64,000 bases of DNA from Actinomycetes bacterium (GTDB taxonomy: Bacteria > Actinomycetota > Acidimicrobiia > Acidimicrobiales > RAAP-2). Location of the stretch: positions 37,652-101,651 of the forward strand of contig JAKBNL010000006.1 in assembly GCA_021831035.1 (NCBI GenBank), in the 5' to 3' direction. Below are positions 39,493-47,202 of the stretch, piece after piece. Made by a program: the position numbers and the translations under genes. The notes under the pieces are model-generated. The model did no database searches and was not told the DNA's origin. It saw nothing but the letters and a program-made list of their open reading frames with translations. Within the stretch, counting starts at the first letter, position 1. The number at the start of each line of letters is the position of its first letter.

Positions 39493-40014
39493 TCAGCTCG
39501 TGCGCGACCCGCGCTCGCGCTGCCCCCGGCGTCCGAGCGCGCGGGCGGCGACCAGCAGGACCGCCACGCCGACGTAGGCCCACGAGAGGCCCGGGTGTCC
39601 GGAGGCCTCGAGGGCGAATGAGCCGAGGACTGCGACGACGATCACCGCGCTCCGCACGCCGTCGCGGCGGGGACGGGCGCCGGGCGCCTCGGGAGACCGG
39701 CCCACGGCGGTCAGGACCTCGTCGAGGGAGGGGTTCACGAGGGCGCGCCCACCGACGACGACCGTCGGCACGGTCTCGTTGCCGCGCGCGACGCGGCGCG
39801 CCGCCGCGGCGGCCGCGGGGTCGCGCCCGATGTCGGCCTCGGTCCGCTCGACCCGAGCCGCGCGAGGTCGGCGAGCAGCCGCGCGCACGAGGCGCAGCCC
39901 GGCCGCCGGTAGAGGGTGATCGGAGGCGGCTCGGGCGCCGCGACGACGGAGCGCCAGGGCTCTCCCGACGCGCCGTCACCGCCTTCGGGGGGGGCCGAGG
40001 GTGTCGCTCGCCAT
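39493..40014 (-). pseudogene. Frameshifted mycoredoxin/NrdH-like glutaredoxin with C-terminal TM hairpin
   Basis: ITLYRRPGCASC is in one frame and GNETVPTVVVG plus two TM helices in another. Indels lie at G8 39987-39994 and C3 39852-39854 (plus-strand runs). Confidence 0.7.
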
Positions 40015-40018
40015 CGGC

Positions 40019-40819
40019 TCAGGCCCCCACCCTCGCCGATCGCGGGGCGAGCGCCGGGGCCAGGATCGCCCCGACGACTAGGCCGAACATGAGGTGGGCG
40101 ATGAAGAACCACCACTGGGGCACGAAGGCCATCATCGAGTTCGTCGGGGGTAGCAGGACCCAGCGCATGAGGACGTACACCAGCGCCCCGCCGATCATCG
40201 AGGCGCCGATCACGCCGGCGCGCGTGCGCAGCGCCGACAGGCCCGCGCGACGGGCGCCCAGGATCACCGCGGCGAAGGCCACGCCGAGCAGCAGCGACAT
40301 CATCATGTGCAAGATGAGTCCCACCACGACCCGCCCGGGGCTCACGGGCATGGCCGCCATCACCGCGTCGCGCGCCGAGGCCGGCATGCCCGCCAACAGC
40401 TGGCTCACCGTCGAGTTGGTGGCGTGGCCGGTCATGAGCTGGCCCATGAGCTGGACCTTGGCCGCGGGGACGTGCATCCCCATGAGAAGCGCCCCGAAGT
40501 GCTGGGCCATGGCCGAGCTGATGCGGCCGCTGGCGATGGCGGCACTCATCGGGCCCATGGCCGAGGCCGGCAGTGAGATGCCCATGGCCCCCAAGAGCGA
40601 GGGCAGCATCGTGAGGGGCGGGGTGATCGTGTAGACGAAGGCCGGGATGCCGAGGTTCACCGGGCTCCAGAAGCCCTGGCCCGCGACGGCCATCACGACC
40701 ATCATGATCATCGCGAGCATGACGCCGCCGGCCAGGCCCGCGCCGAGGGCCCTCGGGACCCAGCGGGCGGTGGGCGACGCCGCCGGGGCGGCGGTGCGGT
40801 GGGTGGTGGCTGTCGTCAT
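40019..40819 (-). CDS. Methionine-rich integral membrane protein
   Basis: About 26 Met in 266 aa by hand count; His in TM segments (ILHMMMS, IAHLMFG); AAGGA RBS. Confidence 0.75.
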   Translation of the reverse strand: MTTATTHRTAAPAASPTARWVPRALGAGLAGGVMLAMIMMVVMAVAGQGFWSPVNLGIPAFVYTITPPLTMLPSLLGAMGISLPASAMGPMSAAIASGRISSAMAQHFGALLMGMHVPAAKVQLMGQLMTGHATNSTVSQLLAGMPASARDAVMAAMPVSPGRVVVGLILHMMMSLLLGVAFAAVILGARRAGLSALRTRAGVIGASMIGGALVYVLMRWVLLPPTNSMMAFVPQWWFFIAHLMFGLVVGAILAPALAPRSARVGA

Positions 40820-40867
40820 CTCAGTTGTCCTTCGTCGGGTTCTCGGCCGTATCGACCTCGCTGAGGG

Positions 40868-40893
40868 AACCCCGCTCACCGCGAGGGCATTCC
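40868..40893 (-). promoter_or_regulatory. ECF promoter GGAAT-N18-GTT
   Basis: Minus strand GGAAT GCCCTCGCGGTGAGCGGG GTT, about 48 nt before ATG 40819, which has its own RBS. Confidence 0.7.
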
Positions 40894-41061
40894 CCGATCG
40901 TGGGCCACGGCTCAGGCGATTCGCGGGACCGGGGCCGTGGGCCTCGCGGGCAGTCGAGTTGCCGACGGCGCTCTGTGCCGAGGGGGCCTCGACTCCGCTA
41001 GGGACTATCCCCATCGAGACGAAGGTGTTGGACTCTGAGTCAGGATCGCCGCGTTGCCGGA

Positions 41062-41811
41062 TCAGCCCCGGCGGACCATCACGATCCGGCGCAGGGGGAT
41101 CCCCAGGTCCGAGCCGACCCAGGTGCGCGCGAGCGCGTGGGCGCGCGGGAGGCGGCGCGGGTCGATTCCCGGAAGGTAAAGGGAGTCGACGAAGAGTCGG
41201 GCGTCCTGCTCTCGACCCATCTCGAAGGCGAACCGCCGCCGTGTGTCAGATAGCAGCCCCCACCCGCGTGGGGCGCGCGCGACCAGGGATGCGGGAGCGG
41301 CGCCGTTGGGATAGGCGAAGTGTGCTCGGCGCAGTCGCACGAGGAGGCGGGCCCAGCGCACCTGGTCCCGGGACGTCAGCACGGAACCCCCGCCTGGAGC
41401 GAGAGCCACGAGGCGCCCGCCCGGGGCGAGGACGCGCTCGACCTCACGGACGCACGACTCGAGGGGCTCGAGCAACATCAGAGCCATGGAGCACACGACT
41501 ACGTCGAACGCGGCGTCGATGAAAGGGAGGTGTGAGGCAGTCCCCACGATGTAGGCGGTGTTCGAGTGCTGGGCGGCCCGCGAGAGCTCGCTCGGGGAGC
41601 GGTCGAGCCCGATCCAGGGGCGACCCCAGCCCTCGGTGGCCATGGGGGCGCTCCCACAGGCGAGGTCCAGGGTGCGGGCGGAGGGCGTCGTGGCCTCCAG
41701 GAGCCACTGGTAGGGCGTGCGGCCGGTGAAGTAGGAGTGGGCGAGCACGTCCTCAGTGATGCCCGGGCGCCGTTGGTGGAAGTCCTTCAGGTAACTGGAC
41801 CAGGTCGTCAC
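41062..41811 (-). CDS. Class I SAM-dependent methyltransferase
   Basis: TLDLACGS, GLDRS, LPFIDAAFDVVVC, RVLAPGG. Confidence 0.88.
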   Translation of the reverse strand: MTTWSSYLKDFHQRRPGITEDVLAHSYFTGRTPYQWLLEATTPSARTLDLACGSAPMATEGWGRPWIGLDRSPSELSRAAQHSNTAYIVGTASHLPFIDAAFDVVVCSMALMLLEPLESCVREVERVLAPGGRLVALAPGGGSVLTSRDQVRWARLLVRLRRAHFAYPNGAAPASLVARAPRGWGLLSDTRRRFAFEMGREQDARLFVDSLYLPGIDPRRLPRAHALARTWVGSDLGIPLRRIVMVRRG

Positions 41812-42008
41812 CGAATCCTTCCACTCGAGCGGGTCGCACGGAGACCGCGATCCGCTTGGAGCTTCGGACCCTCGGGACAGGCCCGTAGGGCGCAGTGGTG
41901 GGGCGCACAGTCAGCCTGCTGTCGACCGTGTTCATGTATGGCGGGACAGTTCGCTCTCGCCTCCCTCCTCCGCGGGGGACGGGGAAACCACAATCGCTGG
42001 CGTTCTTA

Positions 42009-42033
42009 TTAAAGATTGTATACTAACCTTTAA
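42009..42033. promoter_or_regulatory. Inverted repeat TTAAAGATT-N7-AACCTTTAA overlapping a TATACT -10 upstream of fic
   Basis: 8 of 9 bp arms match; very AT-rich patch 12 nt before the ATG. Confidence 0.5.
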
Positions 42034-42045
42034 CACGGAGAACAC

Positions 42046-43332
42046 ATGTCAAAGGTTGTGCAGCGTCGCTGGACCGGAGACGGTTCCGGTCCCACACGCC
42101 GTGACCGCCTCGGCTGCGACTACCAATCGTATGTCCCGGACGAGCTCCAGGGTCGTGCGTTCGTCCTGGATGGTGACGTCGCCGCGGACATTGCAGAAGC
42201 AGAAGCAGCGATCCTGAGACTCAACGCAAACGCCACTGCACTCACGAACACCGAAGCCCTTGCACGAATCCTCCTCCGTGCGGAGGCCGTCGCCTCCTCC
42301 CGCATCGAGGGGCTCGAAGTGGGAGCGCGCCGCTTGCTCCACGAGGAGGTCAGTAGAGAGACGGAGGGCAAGTCGGCCGATGTCACCGCATCGGAAGTTC
42401 TTTCGAACATCGACGCAATGGCGTTTGCGGTGAACGCGATCCGCGCGGGCGACCGGATAACGCTCGACGTGGTCCTCGACACTCACAGGCTCCTCCTCGC
42501 CCATACTCGCCTCAGCCATCACGGGGGGCTACTGCGAGGAGAGCAGAACTGGATCGGGGGAAGCTCATACAACCCCTGCTCGGCCGCATTCGTTCCGCCA
42601 CCAGAGAATCTCGTGTTGCCGCTCATGGAAGACCTCGTTGCGTTCTGCAACGACGACGGCTTGCCGCCCGTGGCGCAGGCAGCCATCGTTCACGCGCAGT
42701 TCGAAACCATTCACCCATTCGTCGATGGCAATGGGCGGACGGGTCGCGCCCTGATGCATATCGCTCTCAGACGTCGTGGACTTGCGGAGAAGGTCCTGAC
42801 GCCAGTCTCGCTGGTCCTCGCGACGTGGTCGAAGGCGTATGTCAACGCCCTCACCGAGTATCGGTACTCTGGAGCAGCAGACTCGGCCGATGCTCGGAGG
42901 GGAGTCAATGCCTGGATTTCGCAATTCTCGACTGCGTGCACACGAGCGTGCGCCGATGCCGAGTCATTCGAACGGCGCGCCAGCGAGATCCAAGCTGAGT
43001 GGCGACGGCGAATCGGCAGCATCCGGCGCAACTCTGCGGCCGATCTGCTACTCAAGGCACTGCCTGGTGCACCAGTGCTTACGGTCTCGGGCGCTGCATC
43101 GCTCATCGGACGAACCTTTCCCGCGGCCAACAACGCCATCAGTACGCTCACTGCGGTGGACGTGCTGCGACAAGTGACAGTCGGTAAGCGGAATCGTGCT
43201 TACGAAGCGCCAGATATCATCGCCGCGTTCACCGACCTGGAACGCCAGCTTGCAAGCCCCGAAGGAAGCTCTCTTTCCTCCCTGCCAAGCCGGCCTGTCC
43301 CGCAACGACCCGGGAGCGCTGAAGGGGCATAG
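42046..43332 (+). CDS. fic: Fic family protein (class II, with C-terminal wHTH)
   Basis: Canonical HPFVDGNGRTGR; inhibitory SSRIEG helix N-terminal to it. Confidence 0.93.
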   Translation: MSKVVQRRWTGDGSGPTRRDRLGCDYQSYVPDELQGRAFVLDGDVAADIAEAEAAILRLNANATALTNTEALARILLRAEAVASSRIEGLEVGARRLLHEEVSRETEGKSADVTASEVLSNIDAMAFAVNAIRAGDRITLDVVLDTHRLLLAHTRLSHHGGLLRGEQNWIGGSSYNPCSAAFVPPPENLVLPLMEDLVAFCNDDGLPPVAQAAIVHAQFETIHPFVDGNGRTGRALMHIALRRRGLAEKVLTPVSLVLATWSKAYVNALTEYRYSGAADSADARRGVNAWISQFSTACTRACADAESFERRASEIQAEWRRRIGSIRRNSAADLLLKALPGAPVLTVSGAASLIGRTFPAANNAISTLTAVDVLRQVTVGKRNRAYEAPDIIAAFTDLERQLASPEGSSLSSLPSRPVPQRPGSAEGA

Positions 43333-43462
43333 CACACGGCATTTGCGTTGAGCCTTCAGGCGTCGGCTGCTGACTGGCTGTTACCTCTAGGACTAGACAA
43401 CTCATCGCGCGGCTGTCATGCCCGTCCGGCGATAGGGATCGGCGGCAGATTGGGCTGCTACC

Positions 43463-43678
43463 TGGGCCTACGCAATGAACGTGTGGTGACGCGTCCTGAA
43501 GTCAATGAAGTACCCCGTCAGTGGTGAGCATGTTCGAATGAAGATGCAGCGCACCCACCGAGATCAGTTCCCTCCCTCTTGTGTCGTCGACCATCGTCGC
43601 GGACTACGATTCCGCTTGAAGCGGGTGACCTTGAGCAGTTCGCGATCCCGAGCGCAGGCGGTGGTGGGCCTACGCAAT
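43463..43678. repeat. 14-bp direct repeat TGGGCCTACGCAAT at 43463-43476 and 43665-43678
   Basis: Exact match, 202 bp apart. Confidence 0.6.
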
Positions 43679-43795
43679 AGTTGGGTTTTGTCCTTGCCGG
43701 CTTCGGGACGAACTCCCCGTTCAGTTTTCCGAGCGGTGCCGCGTCGATGAGGGAGTCAATCTGGCACCGATAGTGGCTCCGACTAGGAACGACGT

Positions 43796-43839
43796 TGGAG
43801 CGGGCGACGGGAATCGAACCCGCGTTCTCAGCTTGGGAA
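43796..43839 (-). repeat. att site: 44-bp 3' fragment of tRNA-Gly(CCC)
   Basis: Reverse complement TTCCCAAGCTGAGAACGCGGGTTCGATTCCCGTCGCCCGCTCCA = anticodon loop, T-arm and CCA. No 5' half follows. Confidence 0.92.
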
Positions 43840-43899
43840 CGGTTCCAGGGCGTGAGAGCCCTTGCGCCACAAGGCCTCGAGGGCGCCGGGCCCGCGCCG

Positions 43900-43916
43900 C
43901 GACACACCGGCGACAC
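43900..43916 (+). promoter_or_regulatory. Putative integrase arm-binding sites CGACAC-N5-CGACAC
   Basis: The same spaced pair recurs at 59428-59444. Confidence 0.6.
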
Positions 43917-43976
43917 CGAGCCCTGGCGATTAGTGGCGCGACTGCGCGGGGGCGGCGGCCCCGGACGGCTCGGTCC

Positions 43977-44192
43977 ATGGACACCGCACACGACCCCACC
44001 ACCTGCCCGGGATGCGACCGGGTGCTGCACCTCGCCGAGCTCGCCGACTGGCTCGACGAGAGCCCCCACACCCTCTACAAGTGGTCGGCCGTCGGCTACC
44101 CGACCTTCCCGAGGCGCCTGCGCCTGCAGAACCGTCGGGTCGCGGTCACGTGCCGCGCGACGAAGGCCTGGCTCGCGGAGGTGGCGTCATGA
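43977..44192 (+). CDS. Excisionase/AlpA-like HTH protein
   Basis: 71 aa; LHLAELADWLDESPHTLYKW...FP...RL HTH pattern; ATGA overlap with the integrase. Confidence 0.75.
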   Translation: MDTAHDPTTCPGCDRVLHLAELADWLDESPHTLYKWSAVGYPTFPRRLRLQNRRVAVTCRATKAWLAEVAS

Positions 44193-45700
44193 GGCTGCTC
44201 GCGGCGTGGATCGGGAACGACCGCAAGGCGGTGAGGACCGCCCGGGGCCCTCGCTACCAGGTGCGCTGGCGCCTCGATCCCGGCGCCGGCCGACGTCCGG
44301 TCGAGCGCAAGGCGACCGAGTTCCGCACGCTCGCCGCCGCCCGGGCCTTCGTCGAGCGCCTCGAGAGGGCCGAGTACGGGGTGGACGGCTGGCGTCTCGA
44401 CGCCGACGGGCGGCCGACCCAGGAGCCCGTGGGTGCGACGAGCGTCTTCGCGGCGCTCGAGGTGTACGCCGCGTCGCGCTGGAACTCGGTCTGGCAGACC
44501 GCCTCGCGGTCCAAGGTGCGCATGCGCCTCGTCGAGCTCGTCGTGCGCACCCTCGAGCCGAGAGGGGAGCGCGACGCGCTCGCCGCCGCCCTCGAGGAGC
44601 AGCGCCCGGACCGCCGTCGCGCCGAGCCGCGGGCTCCGGTCGAGTGGGCGGCGCGCTACCTGCGCGACCACGGCCTGCGACCCGCGCCGGCAGAGATGGG
44701 CGACGAGATGGCGGCCGCTCGGCGCTGGATCGAGGCACGCTCCATTCCCCTGACAGCCCTCACGATGGAGCGCGTCGCCGAGCTCCGGGACCACTTCACC
44801 CGCTCGTCCCTCGCCCCTCAGACCGCCCGCACCTACTGGAGCGGCACGGTGATGCCCTTCCTCACGTGGCTCGTCGACACCGAGCAGATCGGCCGAGGGG
44901 TCGTCAAGGCGCTGCCGAAACAGCGCCGCGACGTCGAGAACGAGCGCCCCGACCCTCGCCGCGTCCCCGAGCCCTCTCAGGTGGAGCTCGTCGCCGCCCA
45001 CTTCGCCGAGCACCACGGGGACAAGTGGGCCACGTTCGTGCGCCTCGCGACGTGGTGCGCGCTGCGCATCTCGGAGGCCCTGGACCTGCGCGGCACGAGC
45101 TTCTTCGAGCAGCGCGGCCGGCTCTACCTGCGGGTCGCGACGCAGCAGCGCCGGGTCACGGGGGTTGACTCTGACGATGGCGCGACGCTGGTTCGCACAG
45201 GTACCAAGGCGGCTCGAGATCGCCAGGCGAGACCTCGCGAAGTCCCCCTCCCCAGGTGGCTGGAGCGCGAGGTGCGCGAACTCCTCGGCGCCCGCCTCGG
45301 AGCCGACGGCACGCTCATCTTCACCGGGCCGCGCGGAGCCGCAGCCCCGGCCGAGGCGGTCCGGCGCTGGTGGCGTGAGGCGGTCGATGAGGTCCTTGTC
45401 CCCGCGGCACCTGACCTCGCCGGCATCACGCCGCACGCGATGCGCCACGCCGGCATGACCTACTGGTTCGCCCAGGGGGTCGATCACAAGCGCATCCAGC
45501 TCTGGGGCGGCTGGGCGAGCCTCAGGGTCATGCTGGACACCTACCGGGGCGTTCTCGACGGCCTTGAGGAGGTCGACTTGGCTGGCATCGACTCTGACGG
45601 GTCGCTCTCGCGGCTCGGCGGTGACCCCGGTCTCGCTGAGTGTGTCGGCGCGAAGGTCGTGGACCTCAGTGCGTGGCGCCGGCGCGGCTCTGCTGGTTGA
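44189..45700 (+). CDS. Tyrosine recombinase/integrase
   Basis: ALRISEAL (R), GTK (K), TPHAMRH (HxxR), LWGGW (W), LDTY (Y). Confidence 0.88.
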   Translation: MRLLAAWIGNDRKAVRTARGPRYQVRWRLDPGAGRRPVERKATEFRTLAAARAFVERLERAEYGVDGWRLDADGRPTQEPVGATSVFAALEVYAASRWNSVWQTASRSKVRMRLVELVVRTLEPRGERDALAAALEEQRPDRRRAEPRAPVEWAARYLRDHGLRPAPAEMGDEMAAARRWIEARSIPLTALTMERVAELRDHFTRSSLAPQTARTYWSGTVMPFLTWLVDTEQIGRGVVKALPKQRRDVENERPDPRRVPEPSQVELVAAHFAEHHGDKWATFVRLATWCALRISEALDLRGTSFFEQRGRLYLRVATQQRRVTGVDSDDGATLVRTGTKAARDRQARPREVPLPRWLEREVRELLGARLGADGTLIFTGPRGAAAPAEAVRRWWREAVDEVLVPAAPDLAGITPHAMRHAGMTYWFAQGVDHKRIQLWGGWASLRVMLDTYRGVLDGLEEVDLAGIDSDGSLSRLGGDPGLAECVGAKVVDLSAWRRRGSAG

Positions 45701-46001
45701 GGTCGCACTCTGGGGGGCGAGGCGGGACGGGATGCCCCGTTGGGGCCCTCTCCGACCCCTCGTCACTCTCGGGAGTGGTCCGCACGCTGGTGGGGTGGTT
45801 GATCCACGGCGAAGGGGGCAGGAAGAGGGGCCACGGATCCCTCGAGCCAGCGCGACGGTGCCTCATCGCAGGAGGCCGATAGAACTTAGATCTGGGCTTG
45901 GCCGCCAAGCCACTTCTCCGCGACAGGACGTCTACGTCGACCCGCTGACGTGACGGTGGAATCCGGTTGCACGCTCAGGCGAAGCCTGAGATGATGCGTC
46001 G

Positions 46002-46952
46002 ATGGCAAGCGACATCGAGCCCATCGACTTACCAGACGGCCGACGGCTCGACGTCCGCTGCAGCGGTCCGACAGATGCGCCCGCCGTGTTCTTCCATCAC
46101 GATTCCCCAGGCTCCGCGACGGGACGACGTTTTCTCGAGGAGTCGGCGCACCGGCACGGTCTGCGGTTCCTCACCATGTCGCGACCGGGCTACGGGGACT
46201 CGACACCTCGTCCGGGGCGCCAAGTTGTCGATGTCGTGAGTGACACGCGATCGGCCCTCGACCACTTCGGCGTCGAGCGCTGCATGGTCATCGGCGTCTC
46301 GGGAGGAGCCCCCTACGCCCTGGCGTGCGCGGCGCGACTCGCGGGCTGCTCGAGTGTGGCGATCTTCAGTGGGGTCGGACCAGTTGACCAGATGGGGCGG
46401 AGGCGATTCGCCGGGCAAGCGAAGTTCAAGCACGCACTCCTAGATCTGGTACAGCGTCGGTGGGACCCGATTGGGTCCCGTGAAGATGTCCGCGACCTGC
46501 TCGCTCCCAGTTGGAACGTTTCGACGCTCACCCCGCAGGGATTCATCGAGTACGCCGCAACGAAACTTCCCCCAGCCGATCGAGCCGTGATCGATGGCGA
46601 CTATGCCGAGGACCTCGTCGCGGACTTCCACGAGGCGATGCGCCACTCTCTCGATGGACTGGTCGACGATGAGATCGCGATCGCTCACTGGTTCATCCTC
46701 CAGCTCGATTTCGATGATGATGAAGAGGGCATGATCCTGCCAAGTTGGGGCTTCCGCTTCAAAGAGATCTCGGTCCCTGTCTCGGTGTGGCGCGGCACTG
46801 CCGACAAAGTCGTTCCAATAAGCCACGCTCGTTGGTTCGCTGAGAACATCCCGAATGCCAGCCTCCACGTTGTGAAGGGTGAGGGCCATTTCTCCGTCGT
46901 CGTTCACGCCATTGATCGCGCGCTCGAAGAGATGTCCAGCCAGCCCACCTGA
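46002..46952 (+). CDS. Alpha/beta hydrolase
   Basis: GVSGG nucleophile, GTADKVVP (Asp), GEGHFS (His). Confidence 0.88.
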   Translation: MASDIEPIDLPDGRRLDVRCSGPTDAPAVFFHHDSPGSATGRRFLEESAHRHGLRFLTMSRPGYGDSTPRPGRQVVDVVSDTRSALDHFGVERCMVIGVSGGAPYALACAARLAGCSSVAIFSGVGPVDQMGRRRFAGQAKFKHALLDLVQRRWDPIGSREDVRDLLAPSWNVSTLTPQGFIEYAATKLPPADRAVIDGDYAEDLVADFHEAMRHSLDGLVDDEIAIAHWFILQLDFDDDEEGMILPSWGFRFKEISVPVSVWRGTADKVVPISHARWFAENIPNASLHVVKGEGHFSVVVHAIDRALEEMSSQPT

Positions 46953-47202
46953 CAACCCTTTGACAGGCTTCGGCGACGTCGTCGGGACATATCTCGAAGT
47001 TGCTCAACCACAGGAGGTGGTCTTTGTCGGGGCGGTACGCAATCGGGTCTCAGGCGTACCGTAGCGAAGGAGTGAGATCTTCACCGCCTAGGCACCCGCG
47101 CAGTCTGAGCAACCGTTGAGATTGGTCCGGTGAGGAAGAGGGCGATGAGAGGCGTGCACGAGGAGGAGGGCCCCGGCCGGGCTCGAAGGGTAAGGGAGAT
47201 GC

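Noticed and set aside
43520-43540. Actinobacterial LexA box
   Set aside because: Only the GTTCGA half-site is present; the TCGAAC partner at the right spacing is missing.
43796-43870. Intact tRNA-Gly gene (also considered at 59543-59620)
   Set aside because: Only the anticodon loop to CCA is present; the adjacent sequence cannot form the D-arm, the 5' anticodon stem or the 5' acceptor strand.
45895-45911. Intrinsic terminator GGCTTGG-CCG-CCAAGCC after the integrase
   Set aside because: A good stem but about 200 bp from the stop and with no clear U tract; function unsupported.
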